Assembly (NCBI GenBank): GCA_051362555.1
Contig: CM120649.1
Location: forward strand, 6,262,001-6,326,000
Reading direction: 5' to 3'
From: Lingula anatina
Taxonomy: Eukaryota > Animalia > Brachiopoda
Length of the DNA: 64,000 nt
Below, in pieces: positions 1 to 14,590 of this stretch. Position numbers and translations under genes: made by a program. Numbering within the stretch: the stretch's first letter is position 1; every line of letters begins with the position of its first letter. The notes beneath the pieces are model-generated. The model was not told the origin of the DNA. It saw nothing but the letters and a program-made list of their open reading frames with translations, and made no database searches.

Positions 1-349
1 AAACATCATTTTAAGTTCTGTAAACCTGTTGGCACATCGTTAAAGATTTCTTACTTCTTTTAACTTCCTTTTAAAGAAAAAAAATGACAATTCACTAACA
101 CGATCTATAAAGGTTTTAGATTTTTTATCGCTATGGTCTCAAAACCCACTCTAGAAACTATCGATTTTTATGTTCCACTATCTACTTATACATGACCTTC
201 AATCGCAGGTCTGTATAACAATACATTTCAACGTTAGAGGCAAATGTTTCATTTTGTTGCTTTGGACCTAATTTCATTTATTTATTTATTTGTCATTTAT
301 TTATTTGTTGTTTTTTTTATTTATTTATTTTACGCAGGCCCTACTTATT

Positions 350-585
350 ACAGTATTAGCAAATCTCAAGGATAGAGAGTTATTTCAGAAAGAACCCTGC
401 CAAGGTTCGATAAATTATGAAGTTCGAAATAAATGTCACGACTAATTTTAACATACTGTACATAGCACAGTATTAGCAAGTCTCCAGGATACAGTGCCAT
501 TTCAGAAAGAACCATGTCAATGTTCCATTAATTATGAAGCTCGAATTAAATGTCACAACTAATATGAATATACTGTACAATAAGC
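350..585. repeat. Diverged tandem duplication, 2 x 117 bp
   Basis: acagtattagcaa...atttcagaaagaacc...aattatgaag...taaatgtcac...atactgtaca starts at 350 and again at 467. Confidence 0.92.
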
Positions 586-1509
586 ACACAAAGCAATAAA
601 GACCGCTTATTATTGTCAATTACACGTCACTTCCTTTTTACGTTTTTGGACTTCCTACAAGCGATCGCACGAAGGTAGAACATGTTCGCCCATGTTGTCA
701 AGGAAAAACGCACGTAAAACGCAGCGCGTTTCCCAGCCCTGATTCCCAACCCCGTTTACGCACGTCTACAAACTCTGCCCGTCTTATATCCCTAAGCGAA
801 TGCCATCCTAAATTGAATTTATTTATTTATTTATTTTAATTTCTATTTATTTATTTTAATTTATTTATTATTATTATTATTTGACTAAAAACATTTCATG
901 ACAACATAGGTTCAGTAGTCGAAAATATGGAAACGTCATTTGGTAATTATCACTAATAGCGCTATAAGCTGTGGGCTTTAGACGTTTTAAGTAATTCTGA
1001 ATTACATATGCCGGCATTATTTATTTATTTGTTTTGAGGTTTTGGTTTTATGAGCCACGATACTGGTGTCATTACCTAGAAAACTGTTTTCACTTCGAAA
1101 TGAGATGCCGCGTTAGTACATTTTTGTTTCTGATACTAGGATTGTGAAAAGGCTAGCCGTAATATTTCATGGAAAACGGCGTTAAATCACCGTCAGCCGT
1201 AGTGTAAAGGTAATCCGTCGAATGATTTACATATAAAGTATATGCTCTTTATTGCGACTCGTTTAGGTTCACATTTCCTCAAATATTCCCCCATATTACC
1301 GTAAGCTAATCATAAATTTGAATTTCTTCATTCTGTCTCTTTTTCTGTGTATGTATGGTTTATTCTTAGATTCATTATTTACTCATTCTTTCTTTTTGTA
1401 CAGGGTGCAAAGAGCTGTCGGCTGCCTTATTGCCAACATAATATCTTTGACTCTCTCATTTTTTTAATCTTTTTAGACTGTATATAAACACTGGTAATGT
1501 CAGTATCTG

Positions 1510-1525
1510 TCGCTAGATGGCAGCG
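1510..1525 (+). promoter_or_regulatory. CTCF-like motif
   Basis: TCGCTAGATGGCAGCG resembles the core CCASYAGRKGGCRS. Confidence 0.35.
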
Positions 1526-4500
1526 CCATCGTTCTACAGTGAAAGCCATAATCAGAACAGGGAGGGCAAATGAAACGACCTCGCCAGAAATGGGTCCTGT
1601 TTCAAAATTAAGAAAAATCTATAGTTTTTGTACTTATCTTAGAATGCTCAAATCAAATGGCACTGTGAAGCACGTTGCTTCGACTTTGTAATATTGTTTT
1701 TAAGAGCATTTTGCTAACAAAATCCCCGCAGTAAACGTTATTGGTGTTCCAAAACGGCCAATTGTCACAAAAATTTTGTTAAGACTATCACAGTTCGCTA
1801 TAATGGCATATTTAAAACGAGGTAAACATTTTTAGGTATCATGGTCACGTATATCTTGGCTAAAATTTTAAGATGCCGTTCTTTTTTTAAATAAATGTTT
1901 GACCTAATCGTTTTGTGAAGAAGGTCCGAGACAAATGCGAAGGCCAACGAGCTAATCCCTGGTTCTCAAGGAATACAGCCAGCCCCCCCCCCCCCCCCCA
2001 ACTTGCCTCTACGCGCCATCCCAACACCTGTTCCCCCTGAACCCTAAGTCCTGAATCCAACAGCTCGTAACTCAATACTCACGGTATGTTACAGGTACTG
2101 ACGATATGCTAAACGTACCGGTATTAAACAAAACAATTTTATTAAGTATCCCTTCTGTACTTTTTTCTTTTAACAAATAAGCTGCCATCTTCAAAACTGA
2201 TTCGATTCACTCATTTAAACAGCATGAGGATTTATTCAACCATTATCACAGAAAATGCTAAATGAAATTTTTACATTGTATCATGTCTCGATTCCCACGA
2301 CCACAATAAAATTGCAATTGTCTCATTCATGTTCTTTCCAGACTTTAGAGCATTGAGCCAAATATAATATAATTTAGAATACCTTGCTCTTTGTTACTCA
2401 TTTTACTCTCTGTCGTATGTTCTATACGTAACTGCAATAACAGTGTCAAATTTCCAAATGTCACCAAGCAATAATTCATCCTTTACGAGAACAACACTTT
2501 AGGCCACAGGAACCGCTTTTACACAGCGAATTGGTCAGTAGAAGGATCAAGGACTGACCAGCCCGTGCCTGTCCTAGTAGATAACTCATACTGCAATAGG
2601 TCAGTGCTGTTGGACATTCCATCTCAGGCCAAAGACCACTCATCACACCTAAGTGACCTCTCAGATAATTACACAGCGGAGTTCATTTTACCGTGTTATT
2701 CAATCGGGATGACTTGGTGTTTGATAGTGACAGTGAGACCGGAGGGTGCACTGGGCTGCCCTGCCTCCGACGGTGCACAAACAATGGGTACAGTTACTGG
2801 GTGTCATGCAGTGCGTTTGCCGAGAAATGAAGGCGTTTTGCATTATTTGGTTTACTCGTTCCTCTCTCTTTCTGTCGCTCCGTCGCTCTCTTACTTACTC
2901 AGTGCTCAATAAATCAATCAATCAACCAACCAGGAGAATGTTTGACTTCATGCAGCTTTTATGATGATCTCGTTTCGCACTGGATTACTTTTTACATGAT
3001 TATTTCTAAATTTTTTTGTATCCATACTAGCTTCCTTTAAAACAAGAATTTAAAACCCAAAATCTGCATGTGATTGTGTGGTGGGATATGCAATCACTGA
3101 CTGTATTATTTTCTTCAAGACATGTGTTAACAAACAGTTTTCTATATTTCCCATATATCTCCTAATATTTGATTGTCACGCTTGAATAATGTAAGATCTG
3201 GGTACACATATGATGTAACTGAAAGCGTGGGAAAAATCAAAGCCACAGATACATGTACTTGTATGGTTCGTTTCTGATGAAGGCAATGGGTCGTATATTT
3301 TGATCAAATAACCAAAGCACCCGGTAGTTATAAAAATCAGAGAATAAATCTGAAACCACAGAGCCAACCGCAAACACCCAGATAAGATCGGACAATAAAT
3401 AAAACAATTCCTTTAAAGGCACATCCGAGTTCAACCAACCCATATCACCCCCTCCAGATCGGCGTTGGACAATTTCGGTAGATCCTCTTGGGAGATAGCG
3501 TTCTCGTCCACGGTAGTAAGATACATTATCAGTGATGTATTTGTACCGTGTGAACCCCAACATTTTGACAGCTCTCGCATGTCAAAACTCACCCCGTAAC
3601 CCAATCACCAAACTGCTAGACCCCAAATATTCGGTTATGAGCAAAGATCAGGGGGTGTTTGGGCGAGGAACAATACAGGGCAGTATGTCCCGGTGTATGG
3701 ACCGGCTTGAAATAAAGCATTTTTCGTTTTCATCACGAATTCTCCACAAAAGGTTCTTCGCTCTCATCTGTCGCACGCTGCCGTAAGGATAAGGGTTCTC
3801 GGTGCAAGGTTTTGACACCTGTCAAAAGTGACGGGTTCACTGAGTGCAGAATCGTAAACTGACATACCTGTAGAAACATACTACTCGGATGCGACTGTGT
3901 TGTCTTACGTGTTATGGCAGTAATATGACAGCCAGACGTCGCCTTTGATTTACCTGAATGAAAGATGCATGTATATTTGTTTTGAACATAGTGTGTCCCA
4001 CTAAATTAAACCTTACCATATACCAAATGTTTCTTTTTTAGATACGGATCATACACAATAAACTGAAAATGGAACCTGGAGATTTTAAGTGGTGCAGTTT
4101 TGGTGCGAAATACTCCATTCAGAGGAATTCGAAGCGTGTACATGAATGCCAAAATATCAAATGTGCTTTTTTTAAATGTCTTCATTTATTGATACCTTGA
4201 CGTGATTTTTAAATCAAGTTTAGAATTTTGCTCGGGATAAACAAAATACAATGTCTTCCTTCTTTAGAATAAAATCCCTCGGTGTGTAATTTGTTGTTTA
4301 TGCCCATGGGCTAATACATTATTGAAGTTGACTGCAATACATAGTTCAAAGTTTATCGATTGATTTTATTTGGTAATTTTTTCCTGCTTGAACGATGTTA
4401 ACCTGTTTCATATTCGCTCAATTATCAACAAAATGAAGCTTTTTTTTTCACTTTTCACCCTTTATTATGTTGGTGATCACTGTACACTTTGGTGCGCCGA

Positions 4501-6070
4501 TACCATTTCCGGGATCAAGTCCACGCCAGTCAAGTTTTCTTTATACATATTGTCGGTGATGGTACGCATTACTTCCGCCTTTTGTTTGCTGAAAGACAAA
4601 TAATGTCACAGCTTATTGTTGTTTATTTGAGAAAATACTGGGTATTAGGCAATTCGAATAGGAATAAAAACGGTAAGATTCCAGACACAGAACTACTTTT
4701 GACATTGTATTCATTTAATCCCTGAAAAACATACATGAACATATTTTGGGAATACGCTTTGCACAAACGTTATATCTTTACTATATCAATTGTCCATTTT
4801 GTCATATGTTGGTGTACGCATATGTAATATATATCAACAATCAATGACTATTAACTTTTCACTTTTGCTCTAGATAATCAAAGAGAGTGATAGTGATGGT
4901 ACAGGATGATCTCTTCTCAAAATTTGGCATTTATTGTCTCTCCTCTTTTGATTAATTCTACTTCAAAGGCGTTTCCCTAATACTTTATTCTATATTGTAC
5001 AAGGTCATTAAATGCCTGCAGTAGTACTGGAATAAATTGAATTGAATATACGCTAGAAGTCAAGGCCGTCGTGAAAGTACATTATATTGCCTGGAAATTT
5101 AGCAAATTCTCTAGGGAAAGGCGCTGTCAATAAATACAGTATACAAAAAGTTCTAATTCTTATAACAGGCCCGCGTAGATGTATCCACGCTTCATAAGCA
5201 AAATAAACAGGGGAGCGACGTGTGTATGGTAAAGTGTATGTGCAATTATTTTCCAGCTGGGCCAGCATTTTTTGGTTAATTATGTATGAATTATTTGTCA
5301 TAATTTGTCAGAAATCGTTTCACCTGAAATGACTTGAAATGGTTGGTTGCTTTTTGCCATTGTATCTTTATTCTGAAAATAAGAGGAGGAAGAAGAAAAC
5401 AACGTGACCTACATGTAGGATGTCGAGTGATGGTTCACAACTTCATAACATTTTCGAATGGTATATCAACATTGAAACAACACGTTTTCAAATGTTATGG
5501 GAACTTCTTCATAAATTTACGAAATAAATATTTAGAGAGAAAAAAAAATGAAAAAAGATTTCAATCTGCAAATAATCATTATTGTAAAATAAGCTTATTT
5601 TTGCAAGAAAAAATGAGGAATATTTTGTAAATGTATGTTGTCTGTAGCATCGAGGGGTGAGTACTGTGTATAATGTACATATATTGAAAAATTTCTTAAA
5701 AATCTAAAAAATATATTGCACTTTCAATCACGACACATACAGTGCATCTTGTAGTCACAAATGATTTCACTCACAAAGAAAATTCATAAAACATTGACAT
5801 TTATAATGGGGCGTAGCTAAATCTCAAAATTAGTCCTTAGTTTGCCCACAGCAAGTTGTGATCTTCTTCGTGGTGAAAATTTGACAATGATATAGATATC
5901 AGTGTTCATTTATGGGAAACTCTACATTTTATTTATTCTTTATTAAAAGCCCTCTTAATATCAATTGGTATTCCATACATACAAGGAGGAATTTAATTTA
6001 GGCCCAACAAAAATAGAACCGAACCCTGTTGTACGCATAATATACATTCCAGAAAAGGATGTCTGGATTA

Positions 6071-6103
<33 letters not shown>

Positions 6104-9010
6104 TTACTTCTAAATAATGAACCGCTTCATGTACCTCATACAGGATACTAAAGTGTCGGGATAATTTTGGCAAATAAAAATGAATTAGTCCACAATCAAT
6201 AGTGCCTACATAAGAGCAATCACACTGCGTAATAAGGCGCTAAGATAGGGACTGTTAACCAGTCTGTGAATGCAAACGTACGATGCATTCCCACTCTTGT
6301 TTGAGGGACAGCACATTTCCAACATGCACAGAATTCTTTCACCATAACTTTTACAATGATATTAAAAATCTAAGGCATAAATATTGTCCACAAACGTCGT
6401 GTCACCAAAGAAGAGCCGTGTCATAGATCATCGTGACAGACTCCTGTGTGCTGTCTGACTTACCCACTTCAGAGTGGTGACAAGATGCTGTGACAACCTT
6501 CTGATGTTTAAACGGTGACACCGTATTTGTCACCGGGCAGCTTGATGAGAAAAAGCACATTCTAAGGACTCGTAAACAGCGCACTTGTCGGGGTTAATCG
6601 GTGCTCTCACGCGAACTTGCTGACTTTTTGTGTGGCAGTATTAGCTTTAGGTGACGATATTAGGGGGCCATCTCGATTTTGACATAAAACAAAGGAAAGC
6701 AGTGTTATAAATTTCTGCCGCGACTGTTCTACAGTTCTACAATTCTGCGCAATATGTATGGATACGTGTTTTTGTACGCAGCTCTTTAATCTTATGATAG
6801 ATTTGGTTAACTGCCAGCTTGCTTGTACGTTTTCCTCTTTTTTGACAAGTCACCAATCAGCTCCCAGTGAAGTGATACAACACATTTTCAGTATATGTAT
6901 GTGGCATGAATAATTCTGGTGTATTTATTCCATCTGTTTGTTCTTTCTGATCTCCTTCAGATTTTGTATATTAAAAATATCTTCAAAACATGGTCGAAAT
7001 ATTTACATACCTTTTGGTACTTGCTGCTACGCATGTCTTAATATGGAATAGTAGACACCGGTATGTGAAAAAAAAAGGAAAAGGAAGAAAGAAAGAAAGA
7101 AGAACGACAAAAGTTAGGAAAAGGAGAGTAAAAACGTTCCAGACAAAGAAGGCAAGCAAAATCACATGAAAATATTATACCTTCGAGTCCATGTCTCACT
7201 GGTGACATGTCCTAAGTCTTCGATACGGGCGACGGACGTTAGGGAGTAGCCGTGCATGAAACGTGAGGGACACTAACGCTCCGACGTCGCGGACCCGCAT
7301 GGCAACCAAAAGGCAAACGCTTATTAAGATAGATGGACGCGGTCACGCTAAAGCCTGCAGCAGCTGTCTTTTTTTTCTTGTTGGTGTCCTTCTTGTTAAT
7401 TTTTCGTGTCTTCTGGTAGTAACCTGAAGTGATTTATTTTCTCAGAAATGCAAAGGGCGTTTGTCCGCTTTCCGAAAAGAAAAAACCTATTAAATCAGGG
7501 CGTTTCTTTGGGGTTTCAATACTTACGCACATTTTATGTCGCAACATTACATAAAATATAATACCACTTTGGTTGAATGCATTTGTTAACAGTATTTGAA
7601 GTAATACTTAGTTATAACGCTCTGCTGTGAACCTGTTTCATACACTGTATAGATAAGTTAAGTTTATAGTAATATACTATGGGCCAGGGTGATGACGTAG
7701 TTGTGAAAAAAATCTCACTGGACAGAAGAGTGCCCAGCTAGCGAACCCAGGTTAAGAACTTAAAATACTAAGTAAATAATAATTTCTGTAGCCCTGGTAG
7801 TTATTGACTTCGTACATATATCAACAAAGAACACGTAGCACGATTTTTGCTTAGTCTCTTTACAAAATGTTTGTAATTTCCTTCAATCTATATTTAATGA
7901 TTAATGTAATTTTTAGTAGACATCAGTAAATATTCAAGGCACTTGGTGTTATGAAAGAAACGTGTCATGTTGGAAATCTTCACTGTTCGTTGAGGAGTCT
8001 TGACCAACATGAAATGGCTTTCATGTTTTTTTTTTTTTATTTAATTTCAGTCCTCCAATTTTTTTTTTTTCAATTAAATAAAATTATTTTTGGAGTGAAC
8101 AGTCGGGATAAATGCAAATTAATTTATGTAGACGGAAAAATTTGAACCACAGAATGTTACTGGGTCTACCCAAGTTTATTATCTCTATTATTGGGCCAAA
8201 GTATGACAGTTAAATTTATAGAATATATGTCTAGTCCTGGAATCTCGCGCGAAAGGCTCGGGGGAACGAGATTAGCTCAATTTCATGATTAACGACGGCG
8301 CGCGTCACGTTGCATCTTGTCTCATCTACAGATGATAAATGTGAGTTAAATTAATAAAATGTGAGTAATATCTCCCAGAAATTAAAGTAGATTTATTTTT
8401 CAGCATAGACGGCTCGTATTGTTCCTGACGCCGATTACCAATCCCAAACACTCAATCAGCATGGATGTACCATCCCCGGGAATTGAATTACGTATGCTCA
8501 TGGGTCGGCGTGCTCAAAGAGTGCCCCGTTATCACGAGTAACGGGAAAAGTGTATTAGGTTGAAACACACGGTCCTGACGTGGCTGTCTTTTTTCTTTAT
8601 TTCAGAGAAATTTGGAGCAGCTGGGAAAGTAACTGGGGCGGGATTTCTGAACGTTTCTTTGGAGGAAAAGCGACCTGCCCGGCTTTAATGTAAGTAAACG
8701 TTGATCAAATTAAAGCTCTTGGGGATATTTGATGTTTTTTTAATAACTGAATCTGAAGATATATTCTGTAGTAGTCATTATGATTTTTTTGATAATTGTG
8801 CATTTAATCGTTCTTTAAATAGATGTCTTATTAGTTATTTTTCTTCCCCCCTTTTTATTCCCCCGTTAAGTCAAGCAATTCTTTATAATGTAAATAGAAA
8901 AGCTGTTTTTTTTTTAGTCAATCGTGATTGTTTATCGAAACTGGAGAAGCGATTCTGTTATATTGTAGAAAAAAAAACAAAAGTATTGTATGTCAGACTA
9001 TTATCACGAC

Positions 9011-9079
<69 letters not shown>
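9011..9079. repeat. (AAT)23 microsatellite
   Basis: Read directly. Confidence 0.97.
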
Positions 9080-9081
<2 letters not shown>

Positions 9082-9174
9082 ATGACAGTTCACGAGTAAA
9101 ATGATTTGAATTTAAGGTAGGAAGTTGGTGATAATGTAAACATGCTGAAGATGTAAACGGCGTATCTCAAGTAT

Positions 9175-9176
<2 letters not shown>

Positions 9177-9218
<42 letters not shown>

Positions 9219-9220
9219 TT
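9177..9220. repeat. (TATT)11 microsatellite
   Basis: Read directly. Confidence 0.95.
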
Positions 9221-9222
9221 AC

Positions 9223-9371
9223 CAGGGGCGGACTACGGCCATCATCTGGGTCTTCCAGTTTTTAAAGTTTATATTGACAGGTATCTATTTTTTTCTGTCG
9301 GAAGACGGTCAAAAATGGAGAATGAAACAACAAAGATAATTTGGAAGACAATATCTCTGGATCTACCCCTG
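9223..9371. mobile_element. 149-bp MITE-like non-autonomous DNA transposon
   Basis: Imperfect TIRs CAGGGGCGGACT / GGATCTACCCCTG, subterminal IR gtcttcca / tggaagac, degenerate 8-bp flanks tttattac / tttactga (hAT-like, by inference). Confidence 0.55.
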
Positions 9372-12300
9372 TTTACTGATACATTCAGAGCTGTGCATGT
9401 GGTGTTACGTTTAGTCCTTGAACTTAATTGATGAATAACCTTAAATTTTATTCTTCATGACGTGAACGCCTACACGTACACGCAGTTTGTTGCTTACTTT
9501 TCACTCTGATATTGCAGAAATGGAATCTGGGCTGGTTCCTCACCGCAGGTTGGTTCCGAGCTCTATCCCTAAAATTTAATATCTCTAATAATCCTCTAAT
9601 AATCCTTAGAATCTTGCTGTTACATTGTTGCTGTTGTGTTTGGTCACAGATTTAATGGAATATATTGAGGATGTTGCAAAAACGAAATAAATAGGGGGGT
9701 TCTATTTCAGTAGCAATAAAAAGCATATAAAAGTGCAAACGAAACGTCTGGGATTTGCCTAGATATGCGGGGCCACATGCAACTTGCCATGGGCTGTTTT
9801 CATTTACAAAAGGACATTTTAGATAAATATATATTTTACCGATGGTATTTTTTTACCTAAGATTATAGGCATCGTGAATAGTAACTTTGACACCCATGTG
9901 ATTATTTGGTGATGAAATTACCGTCTTCATGGACCTTCGTGTATGGTCATTTTTTGTGCTCGACAAATTGAAATTGAAAACTGCCTTCCTTGGCGCCATC
10001 TTTGCAAGGCTATCACAGCCCCAGAAGTCGTAGTATGACGACACAGGCATTAATCTCTATCAGTTACAGCATCCATTCTCTTTAATCCATCACTTTCTAA
10101 CTCAATAATTGTACTTGGTTGTATCAGATTAAAACTGCCGTTCGTGATGGAATTGTGATCGTTTTGGGACACGGTTTCACAATCGAAACTTTGACTTAAT
10201 TCTGAGTAATTCTGAACATTTCAGTGTACTTTGGTCCATCTGTTAGTAAACGCCCCCTACGTGTATGTGACTTTACTTATCAGACCGTATTGACATGCCA
10301 AACGCAAGGAAATTATCGAAATATTGCCGAAAATAGCGAAAAAGAAATAAGAAAAGTTCTTTATCGTCTGCTCAAGAAAACAGACTGATTCGCCCGGTGA
10401 AGGCAAATGGCTTCGCGACACATGAAGCCGGGCTGATGACCAATAATTCACAGCAACGAGACTTGCGATAAAAGTGCGCTCATTTGCCGCCTCTAACTTG
10501 TTTTTTGAGAGACGCGGACCTCAGCTTGTCGTCTGCTGCGCCATGGATGACAGACGATAGACACCAAAGCAGTTAAAAGGACCTTACTACAGCAGGACGC
10601 TAGTAACTTGGTGTATTTACAATTAGTCACAGTTTCACACTGGCAAAGATTATACCGTAACGTCACAATGTCAGCAATCTGACCCAACTTCGAGATGGTA
10701 AAAGACAATTACTACTATGTAGGTTATATAAATTGACAGTCTTTATTTATTTATTTTTCAGTTTTAAACGGATTTTGAGCATAAACATACCGATCAATCT
10801 TCGCGAGAATACTTTATCGTCAACTAATTATAAAACGTTATGATACTTTCATTTGTGAATTGCTTCATTTTCCATGGTTTCCTTGGTCCTTTGCTCTCAT
10901 TGCCCAGTACAGGAAGCTAAATTCAGTTAAGTTACATTATATAAATAATTGGAAAATGTGAAATTAGAAAGAATAAAGAAGTTAACGGAATATGATTCTT
11001 TATAACGGTGGGAGGATTTCAATTATTTACGTTATATATATATATATATATACTTAGTATATGTGTTGATCAGATTTTCTTGGGGCAAAACCATTAAGTA
11101 TAGTTTACCTAAAATATATGGGATTCAAGCGTCTTTGGTCATCGAGGGTGGAAAGAAAAAACCGGTTGAAGGCATGACATTAGTATTTTCTATCAAACTT
11201 ATTGTGTACAGGTACATGTAGGTGGAGAAATGTGGAGATGCACGTAAATACATATATAAGATAATTGATTAATAAATGGAAATTGAATAAATAGATTAAC
11301 GAATTTATTAATATATTAATATTTGATCTGAATGCCGAATATATATACAAGCAAGCAAAAAAATCGCTCTTTGCAAGATTTATGACTGCGTTCAATTTGC
11401 TGGTAAAATCACCTGAGTAAGCGATGTAATTAAAAGCCAGCACTCCGGTTTGGAGACGACGACGCAGCACCGCAGCTTTTTATAGACGCAAGGGTTAGCA
11501 AATGATATGCATTACGTCAGTGAAAAAATACAGTAGCATTGTTCTTTCAGAGGTAATCTGGGTGCATATTAGTTCCCAGGCAACGTTCCCATTGTGTATC
11601 ATCGAAGAAAACTTGCAAAAATTTGCCGTATTAGTTGTTCAATATTTCTACTTATTTTGGACTTTTTGTCGTTTTTCGTTACAAAATCTGGATTTTTTAA
11701 AAATTTTTTGCTTCATTGTTGATGTCAAGAAAATCGAATGATATATCTATTTTTGAATAAAATGAGGAACACAGCTATTGTTTACAGATTGTCCATTGCC
11801 TCCGGAACGGACTGCTCCCAGCCTGTATATCCCCCCCCCCCTTCCTGTCCCCTGCCGTCTACCCACAACTATATTATTGATGTTGACATCATAAATCTAA
11901 ACATTAGACAGGAAATAAACAATTGTACAAAACAAAGGTACATTTCACGGATCATTTTAAGATCACATTCGTTCTCTTCATAAGATTCCCGCGATTTATC
12001 CTAATAAAACTTATTTATGGACATCAAAACAGAAAAGAAATGAAATGAAATAAAAGTAAGATGCAGTAGCCTCCGTTCATCTCAGCGCACTACTCCGTCC
12101 TTTGTGAAATTAACATTGCAAAAGTAAGGCACTGCTTTCGGACTTTGACCTAGACTACGTTAACGAAGACCTATAATTCATCCAAGTGGGAATGAACAAA
12201 AACACGACTCAACACGTCAACTAAATTGACACTGTCGCGACTCTTATACAAATACATGTACTACAGTGCCAGCTAGTTGTAGCAGTAACACAAGTAGCAT

Positions 12301-13989
12301 GGGAATCGTTCCTTGACCCACAAGTATACCCTGCTCATTTCGACGACTGACCATTGTTTGAAGCATCTGTCCGAACTTCGTGATTATTTTAGCGTTATTC
12401 ATGCACCATGTTCTCGTGGAAATAGGAACCTACAATGTATGTCGCCTTGTGCATTTGCCAACTATAATTGTTGCACCGTAAATGTAAGTACACATAAGAT
12501 TTCGTAGTCTTACAATTAAAGGTATTTTCATTATTTGTTTTGCAGGTGTAACCATCATTACCAATTATTATTATTATTATTATTCTTGTTGTTCTTGGTG
12601 GTAGTGGTGGTTGTTGTGGTTATGTTGATGTTGTTGTTAAATCCATTTAGTCTACAAAATTGACAAGAGTATTCAGTACAAAGATGATCAATGATTTTCA
12701 AAGAAAGTGTCACTCAAGCACAAATTGCCGTATTTAGTGTCCATTTTATGGGTAGGCCTACATGTAATTCTACGTGTTCAACTTATATATATAGATGGAT
12801 ACATTCCCTCTTTAATTTGAAATACATGGATGTTGTTGATCTTTGGATGTTTCTATTAGACATGGGGTACATATAAGTGAGTTTAAGGTTTTAGTATTCG
12901 ATATGTAGCTGTATCACATACATGTCTAGAGCAGGAATAACATACTTTATAATTGATATCACACTTCCGTAATTAAGCAAATCAATGTCTTGAGAGTGTG
13001 AATATTTGGGAAAACAGGCGTTTATCTCTAAATCTAAAACCGAAGTGTACGTTTGGGTTTGGAGATATAAAACTGTAGAACCTCAAATTAATCGCTTGGT
13101 AACCAAACCTGACTGTCACGTGATCTAGGGCTTCTCAGTGGATTGATCGGAGTCTCCAAACAAATCACCGAAACCCCACAGGTCCTGCAATTATCTCAGA
13201 AAAAAATGCAACTCCCTCATCCATTTTCTTTTCTTTTTTTCTGCGAACTTGAGGATCTTCGCGAAGGCGTTGTTGTTGCGGGTATAACGCACAAATAGCA
13301 CTCGAGTAGCATTGGGGTTAACAGAATATGTGACGAAGATCACGCAAGCGGCGCAGAGGGTTGGTGTCACGGAGTCAAAGACTGGCGTTGAGATGAAATT
13401 GATTTTACACTTGATAGGTCTCGCCAGATTGGAAATGATCTTTGTCATTTGACCTCGGATTTCAGATTCATTGCAATATTACGTGCAGCGTAGGGTTAAA
13501 TTGTTCTCGATCTTCAATCATTCCTCTCCTTTTTTTCCCTTCCTTTTTTCCACACACAAATATAAGTGCACTTTATGTGTAATGTTATTTAAGATTATTT
13601 TCCTTATGCCAGTGTGGTGTGCGGAAAATTGTATTCTATTTCAAATCTTAATTTGTCTCCATTATATTTTATCAATTTTTTACTTTCAAAATCGTTGTAG
13701 ATTAATTGTATAAAAACAATTAATAATATTACTTTCAATTAAAGCGAGGTGGCAATTAAATGAAGCTGAATGATTAAAAAAGCTGTCTTTGATAAATATA
13801 CCGCCGTTGTTTTTGGTCAAACGTGAAACTTTCTCCAAGTCGCCATTTAACCGTCTCATGTTATATCTTGAGAATTCTTTTTCTTTTTCATCAAATTACT
13901 TAATATAATTGCCTGTTTCACATTGTTTGGTCTCCACAGGTTTTTCTTGTCTTTGGAACGTATGTTCAGTGGTAAAGGATACCCGACGA

Positions 13990-14298
13990 ATTCACCAAGT
14001 CATAGTCACGTACAAACCATTATTGTTTTTTTTTTTTTTTTTTTTACATTTAAAAATTTCTCTGAGTCATGACTAAATATCTGTCACCATTGTTTTTACA
14101 TGAAACTTGTAAGTCACTTCAAGTAATAACTAATTTTTGCCTTGAAATTCACTTAGTCATAATTAAATTTTATTCACCATGGCGTTTGTCCTGAAAGTTA
14201 CGGACTCATGACTAAATTTAATTTCTGTCATGGTTTTTTTTTTTTTTTTTTTGTTACTTGAAACTCACGGGGTCTTTAATAAATTTATGTCACAATGT
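13990..14298. repeat. Degenerate minisatellite, roughly 50-65-bp units
   Basis: Recurrent tgaaaNtcac...gtcat(g/a)a(c/t)taaat...tcaccat(t/g)g+T-run units at about 14051, 14143, 14192 and 14259. Confidence 0.65.
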
Positions 14299-14590
14299 CA
14301 ATTAATATTATTATTGAAAGTCATAATTCCATGAACACGAGCTTTTGGCACTTTTGGCAACCAACTGGTATTGTATAAGCACAGGAAGCAACGGAAAATG
14401 GAAATGCTGTATCCTGTATCTGTCGCGTTGAGGACAATATGAATTTTCATGAGCGTAAGAGTCATGTTGGGCGAGGGGAAGGGGGGGAGGGGGAGCTGGT
14501 TCGCTACCACTCGTTTCCACCACTTAAGGCATAACCGAAGGGAGGAGGGGAATTATGACTTTCAATAATAATAATAATAATACATTGTGA
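14290..14590. mobile_element. About 300-bp segment bounded by ~41-bp inverted repeats (MITE-like or inversion scar)
   Basis: tcacaatgt..tattattattgaaagtcataattcc (14290-14330) versus ggaattatgactttcaataataata..acattgtga (14549-14590). Confidence 0.6.

Noticed and set aside
2565-2964. Overlapping ORFs and an (AATC)n tail-like end suggesting a SINE/LINE 3' end
   Set aside because: No Pol III boxes, RT similarity or TSD seen; ORFs begin at non-ATG codons.
13990-14298. Possible CRISPR-like repeat-spacer pattern
   Set aside because: Units are degenerate whole-unit tandem copies without unique spacers; eukaryotic context and no cas genes.
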